From NCBI GenBank assembly GCA_037308085.1, contig CP147779.1, positions 1,312,001 to 1,376,000 of the forward strand: DNA of 64,000 nt, in the 5' to 3' direction. This stretch comes from Promethearchaeati archaeon SRVP18_Atabeyarchaeia-1 (GTDB lineage Archaea > Asgardarchaeota > Atabeyarchaeia > Atabeyarchaeales > Atabeyarchaeaceae). How positions within the stretch are numbered: the stretch's first letter is position 1; every line of letters begins with the position of its first letter. A model generated the notes under the pieces. It was not told the origin of the DNA. It did no database searches and was given only the letters and a program-made list of their open reading frames with translations. Positions 50,010 through 60,786 of this stretch are shown here, piece after piece. Made by a program: the position numbers and the translations under genes.

Positions 50010-50753
50010 TTGGAGATCAACATCAGCCCTACAAAGGTTGAAGCTGGTCGCGCCGCCGCAGAAAAAGCAACTGTGATTCTCCGCAGTGCTTTGAGATCAA
50101 AACGAGTAGCTCGTTTTATTGCAGCCACTGGAGCATCACAGTTCGACTTTCTAGACTTTCTATGCAAATCGAAGGGAATAGATTGGGCTCGAACCGAGAT
50201 GTTCCACTTAGATGAATACATTGGACTTCCGGCGACTCATCCTGCCAGTTTCCGGAAGTACTTGATGGAGCGCCTTGTTAGGAAAGTGCGTCTAGGCAAA
50301 ACCCATCTCATCGAAGGCGATGCCCCAAACCCGAAGACTGAGCTCAAGAGAATTGGCGGACTGATCTCAAAGGAAGGAATCGATGTCGCCTTCGTGGGAA
50401 TAGGGGAAAACGGGCATCTCGCATTTAACGACCCACCAGCGGACTTTGACACGGAAAAGCCGTATATCATTGTGAAACTGGACGAGAAATGCCGAAAACA
50501 GCAAATCGGGGAAGGATGGTTCCACTCGATAGAGGAAGTCCCTAAGAGCGCAATATCCATGTCAATAAAGCAAATAATGAAGTCGGATGCCATAATCTGC
50601 ACGTGCCCGGATAAGCGAAAAGCCGAAGCCGTACGGGACTGTCTCTCAGTGGATGCGTCCGTGACACCGATGCACCCTTCATCTATTCTCAAGAAGCACC
50701 CAAGATCCTACATATTCCTGGACAAGGACTCCGCATCATTGCTCCAGAGATGA
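50010..50753 (+). CDS. nagB: Glucosamine-6-phosphate deaminase/isomerase-like
   Basis: ATGASQ, FHLDEYIG, GIGENGHLAFNDP. Confidence 0.88.
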   Translation: MEINISPTKVEAGRAAAEKATVILRSALRSKRVARFIAATGASQFDFLDFLCKSKGIDWARTEMFHLDEYIGLPATHPASFRKYLMERLVRKVRLGKTHLIEGDAPNPKTELKRIGGLISKEGIDVAFVGIGENGHLAFNDPPADFDTEKPYIIVKLDEKCRKQQIGEGWFHSIEEVPKSAISMSIKQIMKSDAIICTCPDKRKAEAVRDCLSVDASVTPMHPSSILKKHPRSYIFLDKDSASLLQR

Positions 50754-50941
50754 AGGCTTCAAAGATCCTCAGGGTAACTACAGAAGTCAAAAGTCCAATC
50801 CAGAAGGAAAGACTCCACTGGATGGATTATTGCCTCTCATATTGAAGAATCCATTTTGTAGAAGGCTTTGTAAAGGATTAATAGGAAGCTCCCTAAATAG
50901 GATCAACTTGTGAGGGTCGAGAACAATTCGAAGGTGATTTC

Positions 50942-52081
50942 TTGGGCGCTGCAAGATTTGGGATAATTGGATGTGGAGCTGCGGCAGAGTTTCATTCTGC
51001 GGGTATCGAAGGGGCTGAGAATCCCAACCTTAGGTTCGTTGGCTGTTATGACGTAAACAGGGAAGTTTTGGAGACCTTCTCAAAGTCGAAGCGCATCCCT
51101 CCGTACGATAGCATGGAGAAGTTGCTTGAAAGCGACATAGATGCGGCGCTAATTCTTGTGCCCCATCATCTTCATGCGGTTATTACGAAAGCAGTAGCAA
51201 AAGCTGGAAAACACGTGTTAATTGAGAAACCAATGGCCATGACGCTCGAGCAGTGTGATGAAATGATCGCAGACACGAAGAGAGCTGGCGTGAAGTTCAT
51301 GATCGCTGAAAATCATCGTTTCCTCCCAGCGCACAAAGTCATCAAGGATGCTGTAGAACGCGGTTTGATTGGAGATGTGTTTCTTGGTCGCACATACGAG
51401 GGTGCCTTCTGCGATGCAAGTGAGTTTCTCGATCCAGACATCTGGCACTTTACGTACGACAAGGGTGGAGGCGGCGCCCTATTCGATCAAGGCCCCCACA
51501 AGATGGCGATGCTGAATTGGGTCCTCAATAGTGAAGTCGTGTCCGCCCAGTGCTGGCTCGGAAAGGCACTTGCTAGTCCGCCGACCAAGGGTGAGGACAG
51601 CGCGATGGTCTTCCTGCGATACAAGAATGGGGCTATGATCGATGTTGTGGTTTCATCAACGACAGTCCACCCACTAACAAACATCACTGAGCTGCATGGC
51701 ACAAAAGGCTCTATCTTTGAAGACCACTCATGGGAGCTACCCGTGAAGATCTATAGTAGTCAATCTGAAGCTGAGAAAATGTGTGAGTACTATAGTCCTC
51801 AGGTCGAGCATAGCCCGTTTCCTGGATACTACACAATAGCTGCTAGAGTCGAGGACACGTATTTCGCAGACTGCATCATGAACGATAAGGAGCCAGAATT
51901 CACTCCTCAGCAGGCTAAGGAAGCTGTCGCTGATGTCTACCTTGCATACTATGCGGCGAAGAAGGGGGAAGCAGCCACCATGGATGAACTGAAGCAATAC
52001 CTGAAGAAGCACGACTCGCTAAGTATAATGAAAGGAATGGACAAGGTAGTTCAGAAGAACAGCGAATTAATGAAATGGTAA
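50942..52081 (+). CDS. Gfo/Idh/MocA oxidoreductase
   Basis: GIIGCG, HVLIEKP, GGGALFDQGPH. Confidence 0.9.
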   Translation: MGAARFGIIGCGAAAEFHSAGIEGAENPNLRFVGCYDVNREVLETFSKSKRIPPYDSMEKLLESDIDAALILVPHHLHAVITKAVAKAGKHVLIEKPMAMTLEQCDEMIADTKRAGVKFMIAENHRFLPAHKVIKDAVERGLIGDVFLGRTYEGAFCDASEFLDPDIWHFTYDKGGGGALFDQGPHKMAMLNWVLNSEVVSAQCWLGKALASPPTKGEDSAMVFLRYKNGAMIDVVVSSTTVHPLTNITELHGTKGSIFEDHSWELPVKIYSSQSEAEKMCEYYSPQVEHSPFPGYYTIAARVEDTYFADCIMNDKEPEFTPQQAKEAVADVYLAYYAAKKGEAATMDELKQYLKKHDSLSIMKGMDKVVQKNSELMKW

Positions 52082-52345
52082 TGCACACATTCCATGATGA
52101 GAAGTTTGGAACTTCGTCGCATCGATTTCTGAAATATACTATTCGATTAGGGATAAGCATTTTCCGCTAGCCACCTTCTACTATCCACAGCCGATGTCTG
52201 CTCCGGCCATATTGAATTCACAGGCACTCCATATGAGTGCCCTAAATTTGGGCAAAACAGAAATTCGCCAGCTTAATATACTAGTGCCTAAGAGAAGTCA
52301 AGACTACGGTAGGGTCCCCTTCTTCGGAGGAGTGCAACAGTCATC

Positions 52346-53242
52346 ATGGACGAGTATTTGATCGGCGTCTTGGCCGCAATTCTCGGAGGATCTATCTCAA
52401 GTGTTGGGGTGATCCTACAGAAGCGAGTCGTCAACAAGGTTCACTCAGGAGACAAGGAGAAGAAGTTCTTCCGCTCGCTGGTTAAGAACCCCGTCTGGCT
52501 TCTAGGACTGATCCTCGGGACATTCGCCCCCGCCGTATTCGTCATCACTGCCCAGCTTTACATCGGACCAGCCCTCACGCCAGGGTTGATGAGCGCAGGT
52601 CTAATCGTACTGGCAATCGGCTCAGTGAGAATCAATAATGAGCATCTTGATCGATCTGACTATGCTGGAATCATTCTGATGATAGCAGCGATCTTCTTCT
52701 TAGGCGAGAGCCAGCTTGCCGTTCCAATGAAGGATTTCGACTTAAATGCGCAATGGGTCCTGACAAACTCGATCATATATGGGCTGATTCTGTTCGCCTT
52801 GTGTGGTCTATTTGTCGTCATTCAGAAGAGAAGCACGTCTTATCGGACTATTTGGCTTATCTTCGCAGCTGGCTGCATGTTCGCGCAGGAGAACTTTTGG
52901 ATCGCCCCATTATCGGGAACGGTATTCGGTGCTTTCACAGGCAACGCAACAAGCAATGAACTGATATTCTTTGTCGTGTCCTCCGTTTTCCTCGTCGTGG
53001 CGGCTCTGATTGCAGTTGCTACTCAACAGACAGCCTACAAGTATGGTCAGGCAAGCACCCTCAACACCCTTCAACAGTTTCCTACTCAGATATCTCCGCC
53101 AATTGTCTTTCTGTTCGTCCTTGCGCAAACCCCTAGATTCTACTATTCGCTGCCGCTATTCCTCCTTATTGGAACACCTCTAGTTATCGTTTCGTCTTAT
53201 CTACTTGCGAGGCGCAAGGTGGAAATCAGCAACATCAAATAA
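52346..53242 (+). CDS. DMT-superfamily (NIPA-like) membrane transporter
   Basis: About 9 TMs; GVILQKR and LVKNPVWLLG pattern. Confidence 0.7.
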   Translation: MDEYLIGVLAAILGGSISSVGVILQKRVVNKVHSGDKEKKFFRSLVKNPVWLLGLILGTFAPAVFVITAQLYIGPALTPGLMSAGLIVLAIGSVRINNEHLDRSDYAGIILMIAAIFFLGESQLAVPMKDFDLNAQWVLTNSIIYGLILFALCGLFVVIQKRSTSYRTIWLIFAAGCMFAQENFWIAPLSGTVFGAFTGNATSNELIFFVVSSVFLVVAALIAVATQQTAYKYGQASTLNTLQQFPTQISPPIVFLFVLAQTPRFYYSLPLFLLIGTPLVIVSSYLLARRKVEISNIK

Positions 53243-53432
53243 ACGCTTTTCGATCTTGCTCTGAGCGACGATTCTTCGAGGACCCAACATGCCGGAGCAA
53301 GGTCGATGGCTAGCTTAGGTAAGAGTTAAGCGCAAGAAGTGAGCTGCCAGCCCCTTGAAGGGGGTGTTGGCTTCCTGGTTCAATTTGGTAAAAAGTGATC
53401 CTTGGAAGTGGAATAGTGGGGGCGCATATCCG

Positions 53433-54599
53433 ATGGGAAAGGAACTTCTCATGATTCCCGGTCCTACACCGGTCTCCGACAAGGTTCTCAGAGCGATGGC
53501 ATCGCAAATCATTAGTCACGCGAGTGACGAGTTCACTAAGGCCCTTGAAGAAACCGCCAAAATGACCGCGGAGGTCTTCCAGACGAAAGGTCAGCCTCTT
53601 GTTCTCGCTGGTTCTGGGACGCTCGGCATGGAGGCCGCAGTCGCCAACGTGGTTGAGAGAGGTGAGAGAATCCTCTGCGTCAACAACGGGTTCTTTGGAC
53701 CGCGTTTCGCAGAGATCGCGAAGGCCCATGGAGTAGGAGTCGATACGGTCGAATTCGAATGGGGTCGGCACGCTGACCCATCCATAATCAGGGAGAAGCT
53801 TGAGAAAGGGAACTACAAGGCCTTAACCATAGTTCACGTGGACACTGGCACCGGCGTTGCTAACCCGATCAGGGAAGTCGGTGAGTTCATGAGAGATCTC
53901 GACGCATTATACATAGTCGACACTGTCTGCTCAATGGGCGGAATGAATGTCCAAGTGGACAAGTGGAACATAGACGTGTGCCTCACCGGGTCACAGAAAG
54001 CGATCGCAGCACCACCTGGTCTGACACTGCTGAGTTTCAGCGAGAAGGCTCAGAAGTGTATTGATAGGAGAAAGTCTCCTGTTGAGACCTACTATATGGA
54101 CTTCACCAGATGGAAATCTGTTATGCAAGACCCAAAGAGTAGAAGCTACTTTGCTACGCCCTCGGTTCCACTTGTTATGGCACTCAGAGAGGCGCTCACG
54201 CTAGTGACAAAAGAAGGTCTTGAAAGAAGATGGCTACGCCACCAAGCGATCGCTGAGGCGGCGCGAGCAGGATTGGAAGCGATGGAGTTACATGTGTTTC
54301 CTGAAGAGAACTTCAGAGCTAACACGCTCTCGGTCTTCAACGTGCCTGAAGGAATAAGTGACGTTGACCTTCGCAACACCTTAGAAAAGACCTACCGTAT
54401 TGTGATCGCTGGAGGACTGGGTCAGCTGAAAGGCAAGACCTTGCGCATCGGACATATGGGCATAGTGACACCTAACAATATTCTCGCGACTCTGAACTCA
54501 ATCGGGTTGTCCCTGAACAAGCTCGGCAGAAAGTCCGACAGTAAGAAAGCGGTTATGGCGGCAAGAACAAGACTCAGAAGTGCTTGGGTGGAGGGCTAG
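53433..54599 (+). CDS. Class V aminotransferase (alanine-glyoxylate / serine-pyruvate type)
   Basis: LLMIPGPT, GSGT, VDTVCSMGG, GSQKAIAAPPG, RIGHMG; start placed at ATG 53433. Confidence 0.92.
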   Translation: MGKELLMIPGPTPVSDKVLRAMASQIISHASDEFTKALEETAKMTAEVFQTKGQPLVLAGSGTLGMEAAVANVVERGERILCVNNGFFGPRFAEIAKAHGVGVDTVEFEWGRHADPSIIREKLEKGNYKALTIVHVDTGTGVANPIREVGEFMRDLDALYIVDTVCSMGGMNVQVDKWNIDVCLTGSQKAIAAPPGLTLLSFSEKAQKCIDRRKSPVETYYMDFTRWKSVMQDPKSRSYFATPSVPLVMALREALTLVTKEGLERRWLRHQAIAEAARAGLEAMELHVFPEENFRANTLSVFNVPEGISDVDLRNTLEKTYRIVIAGGLGQLKGKTLRIGHMGIVTPNNILATLNSIGLSLNKLGRKSDSKKAVMAARTRLRSAWVEG

Positions 54600-54627
54600 A
54601 CACCTTTCGGGTGGCAACAACTCGTTA

Positions 54628-55608
54628 TTAGATGAGTCGGCTCATCGGGTAGAACACTGGGCTGGCATAGGCGCCGAGAACCTTGGAGTAGAATTTGACT
54701 GTATCTCCCTCCACCCACCTTATTGTGGCGGTCTCTTGACCAGTTTTTTTCATATCCCAGAGGCACCACTTTAGGAGCTCACTACCCAGACCTCTTCCGC
54801 GTAATGATTTTGTGACTCCAGTTGGGCCAAAGGATCCAGGGAAGGATATGCTGTGGGATGCCCAGCCGACAATGGTTCCTGACTTGTCTTTGGCTATGAA
54901 TGTTGTCGGGGGGTTATTTTGGAACGAGAGGGTTACTTCTCGAGACCAGAAGCCGAATCGAAAGTTCCTCTTCACGAACTGGACTAAAGCATTGATTTCC
55001 TTGGGTTTAGCGCGCTCGAACCTGCATCCACTTCTGCTTGATTCTGGTTCCTGTGTAATATTTTCGAGGCTGCATGTCAAGTTGGTCCGCATGCGCTTCT
55101 TTACGAACCCGTTTTTCTTGAGGAAGAAGAGCAACGACGTGTGCCGCAAGTCGACCCCCGGCATCCAGTAGTTAGGGCAGCTATCTCCGTATCGTATGGA
55201 GGAGTACCAATGTAGTTTATGTCTTCCTCGCCGCATAAGATCGAATAGCATCTTCGATCCAATGCCTTGGCGTCGATACGGCTCATCAACAACGCATGCC
55301 TTCAGGTAGCAGTTCTTCCTTACCCAACCTTTTACAATGACTGCGATGAAGGCAGCTATCGGTCTATTTGTTTCAGGGCTGTTCAGAATCAAAGTCATAT
55401 CAGGATCAAATGGCTCATCTTGGAGTGTTCCTTGCTTAAAGTAGTCCAAGGGTATCTGGTAGAACTTCTCATTCCGCCTGAAGAGATCATAGACCTGTTG
55501 CAGGTTGTCTTCGGACAGCGGTTGATAAGTGATTTCCTTCAAGTTAAAGGATCCTGGGGTCTCCTTATTGCCAGACGAAAAATCCTGCGGGGCCAGTTTC
55601 CTGCTCAT
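54628..55608 (-). CDS. Tandem GNAT acetyltransferase
   Basis: Two acetyl-CoA motifs (YRRQGIG, LRGRGLG), FGPTGV, and PGVDLR. Confidence 0.85.
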   Translation of the reverse strand: MSRKLAPQDFSSGNKETPGSFNLKEITYQPLSEDNLQQVYDLFRRNEKFYQIPLDYFKQGTLQDEPFDPDMTLILNSPETNRPIAAFIAVIVKGWVRKNCYLKACVVDEPYRRQGIGSKMLFDLMRRGRHKLHWYSSIRYGDSCPNYWMPGVDLRHTSLLFFLKKNGFVKKRMRTNLTCSLENITQEPESSRSGCRFERAKPKEINALVQFVKRNFRFGFWSREVTLSFQNNPPTTFIAKDKSGTIVGWASHSISFPGSFGPTGVTKSLRGRGLGSELLKWCLWDMKKTGQETATIRWVEGDTVKFYSKVLGAYASPVFYPMSRLI

Positions 55609-56010
55609 TGGGACACTTCCTGTTAGGTCAGTCTAGGATCATGCGGTCAATCTTAGATTTCCTATCTCAATCCGATTACTCGTTTAAGGATGAAGGGCGC
55701 AATTCCTCCGGCGATACTGCAGCCCATCACCATTTTTGCGAACAGCTCATGATAAACTGCTTCAACAGAGATCACTTGACTCATCGATATTAGAGACAGC
55801 AGCCTTTTTGGTTCGAGGGAAACAAGTAGACTCGTTTGTGCGCGCTATTTGGTTCTGTGAGGGGAGCATGTGAGCCTGGACGCATTTAGTCACTTCCTCT
55901 GTGACCTAAGCGGAGGGTAGACGCTGAGAGTGCAACTTGATTAATTCCGGAATTACACATCACCCTCACGAAGAAGACTGGGGCATCTTTGCTCCTTATG
56001 GCGAGTCTCG

Positions 56011-57081
56011 TCAGCTTCCTTGGGCAGATATCTGATGCCCCCGGGATACATCCGTTGTGAACGTGTAGCGAGTTGATTGACTGTATGTCTCCCCAGGTCG
56101 AAGTACGATAGGAGGAAAGTCAGGATGATGAATGGCATCAGAAAACTGTTGAGTTTCAAGACAAAAAGCTTGATGCTTTATGCACGGCTTGTCCCAGGCG
56201 CTTCTTCCCTCCAAGTGATTCCCAGTGTAGAACACAATTGCTGGCTGGTCTGTCTCAACTGTCACCTTGCGCCCCGTGCTGGGGTCATATACCTGAGCGG
56301 CCAATCCGAACTTCATTCCTTTATCCAACACGTAGTTATGATCGATTCCGCCTAAGGCCTCTAGTGGATTCCTAAGCGACTTTCGCTCTCGAAAGTCGAG
56401 GGGTGTCTCTTCAACTCTGCGGAGCTTGCCGGTCGGAATCATCTCATCGTCGGTTTCGAGGTAGGTGGATGCCGCGATTGTCGCTTGGTGGCCATAGATT
56501 TTTGTGCCGACTCCAGCTAGGTTCCAATAGGTGTGGTTCGTAAGATTGACGATAGTTGGTTTGTCGGTTCTTGCCGAGTAATTGATCTCGATTTGATTTT
56601 CTGAGACCACGTACTTGACTTGGGTGCTAAGCGTTCCGGGATAACCTTCCTCGCCGTTCGGGCTAGTATATGAAAACTCGATTTTCGCCTTTTCGCCCTC
56701 CTCACCGAGGTTCCTGATTTCCCAGACCTTTGCGTCAAACCCCTCAAAGCCCCCGTGCAAGTGGTGCCTCTCAAGGTTATTCTTGGCTAGACTATAGGTC
56801 ACGCCATCGAGATCGAATTCCGCATTGGCGATTCGATTCGCGACTCTCCCAATAGTGCATCCGAAATAGGCTCTCTCCCTCAAGTATTTGTCTGAGGTAT
56901 CGTGACCAAGGGTGACCTCTCCGATGGATCCCTTCCTATCTGGGACTTTCGCTGAGACTATACGCGCGCCATAATTTGTTAGGGAGACCTCACCTTTGCC
57001 GAGCCCTGTGCTTATGGAAACCAGTTTGACCTCCTTGTGGCCGATTTTCCCCCAATACTTCGTGTTAATTTTTGGTTGCAT
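56011..57081 (-). CDS. galM: Aldose 1-epimerase (mutarotase)
   Basis: GRVANRI, LHGG, GEEGYPG, NLTNHTYWNL, CLETQ. Confidence 0.92.
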   Translation of the reverse strand: MQPKINTKYWGKIGHKEVKLVSISTGLGKGEVSLTNYGARIVSAKVPDRKGSIGEVTLGHDTSDKYLRERAYFGCTIGRVANRIANAEFDLDGVTYSLAKNNLERHHLHGGFEGFDAKVWEIRNLGEEGEKAKIEFSYTSPNGEEGYPGTLSTQVKYVVSENQIEINYSARTDKPTIVNLTNHTYWNLAGVGTKIYGHQATIAASTYLETDDEMIPTGKLRRVEETPLDFRERKSLRNPLEALGGIDHNYVLDKGMKFGLAAQVYDPSTGRKVTVETDQPAIVFYTGNHLEGRSAWDKPCIKHQAFCLETQQFSDAIHHPDFPPIVLRPGETYSQSTRYTFTTDVSRGHQISAQGS

Positions 57082-57186
57082 GATTGCCTCTTCCCTAGAG
57101 ATGCAAGCTGGTTGCATTATTCCTAAGCATTGAACCTCCAACAAGAAGGCAGGGAAGCCGAGTAGGTTGAAACTCTCTCCTTGACT

Positions 57187-57471
57187 TCATCTTAGTATGT
57201 CATGGATCCTGTTCAGAAGTTCTTTGATGTTCTCCGGTATGCTGTAACGGACCGTTAGCTGACCACCATTATTCAATGAGGGAACTTTCTGAACCATCTT
57301 AGCAGCTAGCAGGACCCTCAAGTGTTTTTCAATAGTTGATCTGTGTCGCTTCAGCTCCTTGGATATTTCACCGGGATTAGCCACTCCTTTCTGGATGCAC
57401 TCAAGGATCTGCAGTCTCGACTTGGAAGCTAGTGCTCGCAACATCCTCTCGGTTTTTCCGTAGTCACTCAT
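57187..57471 (-). CDS. ArsR-family winged-helix regulator
   Basis: LRALASKSRLQIL...EIS...RSTIEKHLRVL. Confidence 0.85.
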   Translation of the reverse strand: MSDYGKTERMLRALASKSRLQILECIQKGVANPGEISKELKRHRSTIEKHLRVLLAAKMVQKVPSLNNGGQLTVRYSIPENIKELLNRIHDILR

Positions 57472-57683
57472 CGCTGATCACCCACGCTCGAGACTGGGCT
57501 TCTGCTAACTGGCATATTAATTCGCCAAACGGAAGATAAACATGCTGACTGGGACAAATGATTATCGGAACTGCTGGAAAGAGTTATCTCTGCTGACCCT
57601 TATCGCGGTGTTAATGCCTCATTTGAGGCGTTTCAAACCTATTTTCATCTGTGCCATTGGACTAGTGTTTCAAAGAGGAGAAG

Positions 57684-58508
57684 GTGAGTGCCATGGTATC
57701 GAAGGTTGCCATAGTCAAGATGAGTGGAGACACCGAAGCATCTTTCAGAGAGGCGCTCAGGCTCATCGGCGGCATAAGTGATCTCGACACAAAGGACAGG
57801 CAGGTAGTCATCAAGGTAGGTGTCTATGACCACAAAAAGAAGAACCACCCCTCGGTCGATGTCGTGGGCGCAATCATCCACAGCTTTGGCTCAGCCCCAC
57901 ATATATTCGTCGCGGAGTCAGACAACTATAGGGGAACAGGCTCAGAGCGACTTGGAATCTGGAAGCAGCTCTTCACTGACAGGGTTGTCCCATTCAACCT
58001 TTCAGAAGATAGTGACACCAAGCCGCTGGAAACCTCAAATGAGGAAATCGGCTTATCCCACGTACTCTTCAAACCCAATGTGCTGGTCAGCGCACATGTG
58101 CTACGTAAGTACGAGAGAGGTGCTGTCTTGAAGAACCTCTTCGGTCTTGTTCCAGATAGAAAGAAAGCAAGGTTCCACAAGGTTTTGGATAGTCTTCTCA
58201 TGGACATCTATGAGGCGATAGGTGGAGTGGATCTCGCAGTCATAGATGGGACGCAAGCATATGCAAGCGCAACTGATCCCAAAGGGAAAAGAACGAACAT
58301 ACTATTGGTCGGGAGAGATGCGGTAGCCGTAGAAGCAGTCGGGGCCTCCATCGTGGGGATGAGTCCAACCACGATCCCCGTCATACGTGAAGCAATAAGA
58401 AGGAACCTCGGCGAGGGCGACCTCAGCAGAATCGATGTCCTCGGAGAATCCATCGAAAACGTGAAGAAGAAACCCCGTGGGTCGTCGGGAGGAAAACCTG
58501 AGACGTAA
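57684..58508 (+). CDS. DUF362-domain protein
   Basis: VVIK, AESD, LKNLFG, AVIDG, DAVAVEA; start probably ATG 57693. Confidence 0.8.
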   Translation: MSAMVSKVAIVKMSGDTEASFREALRLIGGISDLDTKDRQVVIKVGVYDHKKKNHPSVDVVGAIIHSFGSAPHIFVAESDNYRGTGSERLGIWKQLFTDRVVPFNLSEDSDTKPLETSNEEIGLSHVLFKPNVLVSAHVLRKYERGAVLKNLFGLVPDRKKARFHKVLDSLLMDIYEAIGGVDLAVIDGTQAYASATDPKGKRTNILLVGRDAVAVEAVGASIVGMSPTTIPVIREAIRRNLGEGDLSRIDVLGESIENVKKKPRGSSGGKPET

Positions 58509-59304
58509 CTTCAACTCTCTTCTTTCGTCTCCATTTGAGGTCAGCGGAGTTCTACATCGTCTCTATGAGTCAGAGTGGAAGGCTTCTACTTTAGGCCGAC
58601 TTCTGCATTAAGCCATCCATAGCACCGGCGGACCTGAGTGTTTGGGACTGTTTCTGAATTCGGTGATTGTCTTTAAATCGGATTTTCTTGCGCCTATCGA
58701 TTTAGATCCACAATTTGGCCAAGTTGAGCCTAGACGAAACTCAGATAAGTCTGAAAGTCTTCAATCGACTCAAATGAAAGGGATGGTGACTACTTCAGAT
58801 GCCAATGGTTCATGGTCCGAAAAGGTCTCGCAGGCAAATAAAAACCGAGGATGACGTTACGGGGAATCGGGCGCATCCTCACACGCGAGAAGAAGCCGAA
58901 GACGAAGTAGTAGACAAGTACGTCTATGAGGAAGGCTCCGAAGGTCCGGAATGACCCCAAGGTAAGTTGGAAACCTTTCTCCCAGTGAAGAGCACTAAGA
59001 GCGATAGAAGCTCCCTTAAATGTGGACATGTCCGCTCCTTGCGCAGGAACCATCGTTTCACGGCTTTCTGAGTTCCCTTAGAAGCGGTCACTCCTCATTC
59101 TGATGGAGTTCTGTTTCCGGATGAAGGGCTACTCTATCGCTCCTACCCGAGCCCTTGCGCACCCGACCCACGAGGTCAATCCTACTCTATCTGGGTCCGT
59201 ACCCACTCTTAAATAACAGTCCACGTATATTCACACCATCAGAGTGATTCGCTGGGAGGATGGATGCGCGAGGAAATAGGCTGAAGAAAAGAGGGTGCTG
59301 ATTT

Positions 59305-60687
59305 TTGGCGAAGACTCAAGTTGTAATAAGAGATATCTCAACTGACCCCGCTGACCGTCCGGCCTTCATGATGGATCTTGACCGAGCGGTCGAAGACATT
59401 TTTGTCGCATTCGGCGGAGGGTCTCAACTACTGAAGTCTAGTCGGGAAGTGTATCTTAAGCCCAATGCGATTGACGCGAAACCTTTCTGCTATACGCGCC
59501 CTGAGGTTCTGGAAGCAGTCATCCGCTACTTCTTCAAGGTAGGAGCCAGCGATGTCTACGTCATGGAGAATTCAACTCAAGGGAACTACACTCGCCTAGT
59601 CTTTGAGGCAATTGGATATACCGATATCTGCAAGCAGACTGGTGCCATGCCCATCTTTCTAGATGAAGAACCCACGGAGCGCTTTGAGTTCAAAGGTAAG
59701 CCACCTGCAAGGGGAAAGGACTCCACAGGTTATGATCTCACAAAATTCGAGATGCCTCATACCGTGGTTAAGGAGCTGATCAACCGAAAGAAGGAGAATC
59801 TCTATGTGAGCTTACCCAAGTTGAAAACTCATTCGATGGCTGGCGTCACGCTGGGAATAAAAAATCAATGGGCCTTCCCACGTCACCAAGATCGAAAATT
59901 CGACCATAACTATAATCTGCACTCCAAACTGGTCGATGTACTGGAGTACGTCCAGCCCGACTTCACCTTGATCGACGGGATCGAAGGGACGATTCATGGT
60001 CACTACCCGCCCACAGCAATTGCAGACAAACTCGTCAAGAAATTCAGAGTGCTGGTCGGTGGCAGGGACGTTGTTGCGACCGATATAGTTGGCGCGCGGA
60101 TCTTTGGGTTAACCCCAGAAGATGTTCCTCACTTGAAGATCGCCATTGAGCGCGGAATCGGCCTGGGAGTCAAGGGATTGCAGGACATAGAAATCATTGG
60201 TGACCTATCGAGGTTCAAAGAGAAGTACCCCACCGACCTCTATCCCGAGTTCCCTCCTGATGTCGAGATAGTCCAAGGATCGAAGCAAGCCTGCCGAGAG
60301 GGCTGCAAGAATAACCCTCTTACTTTACTTCAAGTTCTATACCTGGACTTCGGTGGGAAAGGTGGCTTCCAACTTGTCATCGGAAAAGGGCACCAACCGA
60401 CGGTCATCGATCGACTTAAGGGACCGGTTCTCGTCGCAGGTCATTGCGCAATCGAGGAGGTTGGCGAAAGGCTGCAACAGAGGCTCGGCAAGAACAGTGT
60501 ATACTTCAGCGATGGATGCAACAATTTGGCGCAAACTGCAGGTGCGCTGCTTCCTCTAATGAAAGTAAGTCCGCAGCAACTGGTCCCTCTAAGTATGGAC
60601 AAAGCAACCCCGATAATACTTGAAGCAATAAAACGAGGAACTCATGCCATTGCGCCGAACATATCCACTTCGATCACGAAGAAGTAA
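59305..60687 (+). CDS. DUF362-domain protein with C-terminal Cys (Fe-S) extension
   Basis: LKPN, LPKLKTH..AGVTLGIKN, PDFTLIDG, DVVATD, CREGC, GHC, GC. Confidence 0.82.
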   Translation: MAKTQVVIRDISTDPADRPAFMMDLDRAVEDIFVAFGGGSQLLKSSREVYLKPNAIDAKPFCYTRPEVLEAVIRYFFKVGASDVYVMENSTQGNYTRLVFEAIGYTDICKQTGAMPIFLDEEPTERFEFKGKPPARGKDSTGYDLTKFEMPHTVVKELINRKKENLYVSLPKLKTHSMAGVTLGIKNQWAFPRHQDRKFDHNYNLHSKLVDVLEYVQPDFTLIDGIEGTIHGHYPPTAIADKLVKKFRVLVGGRDVVATDIVGARIFGLTPEDVPHLKIAIERGIGLGVKGLQDIEIIGDLSRFKEKYPTDLYPEFPPDVEIVQGSKQACREGCKNNPLTLLQVLYLDFGGKGGFQLVIGKGHQPTVIDRLKGPVLVAGHCAIEEVGERLQQRLGKNSVYFSDGCNNLAQTAGALLPLMKVSPQQLVPLSMDKATPIILEAIKRGTHAIAPNISTSITKK

Positions 60688-60786
60688 GAAAGCCTCTATT
60701 ACTTGCTTTAAATGAATTAGAGATATCAATATAAGCCACTTGAATGGTAGAATAAGACCGTTTGTAGTAAGGAGGAACTGCGGAGA

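Noticed and set aside
58790-59053. 87-aa ORF containing FGAFLID (RDD-like)
   Set aside because: Only one short motif; at most a decayed fragment.
59100-59150. GATGGAGTTC...CTCCTAC resembling a fluoride riboswitch
   Set aside because: The P1 stem cannot form, the conserved 3' ATGAC element is missing, and no fluoride-related gene follows.
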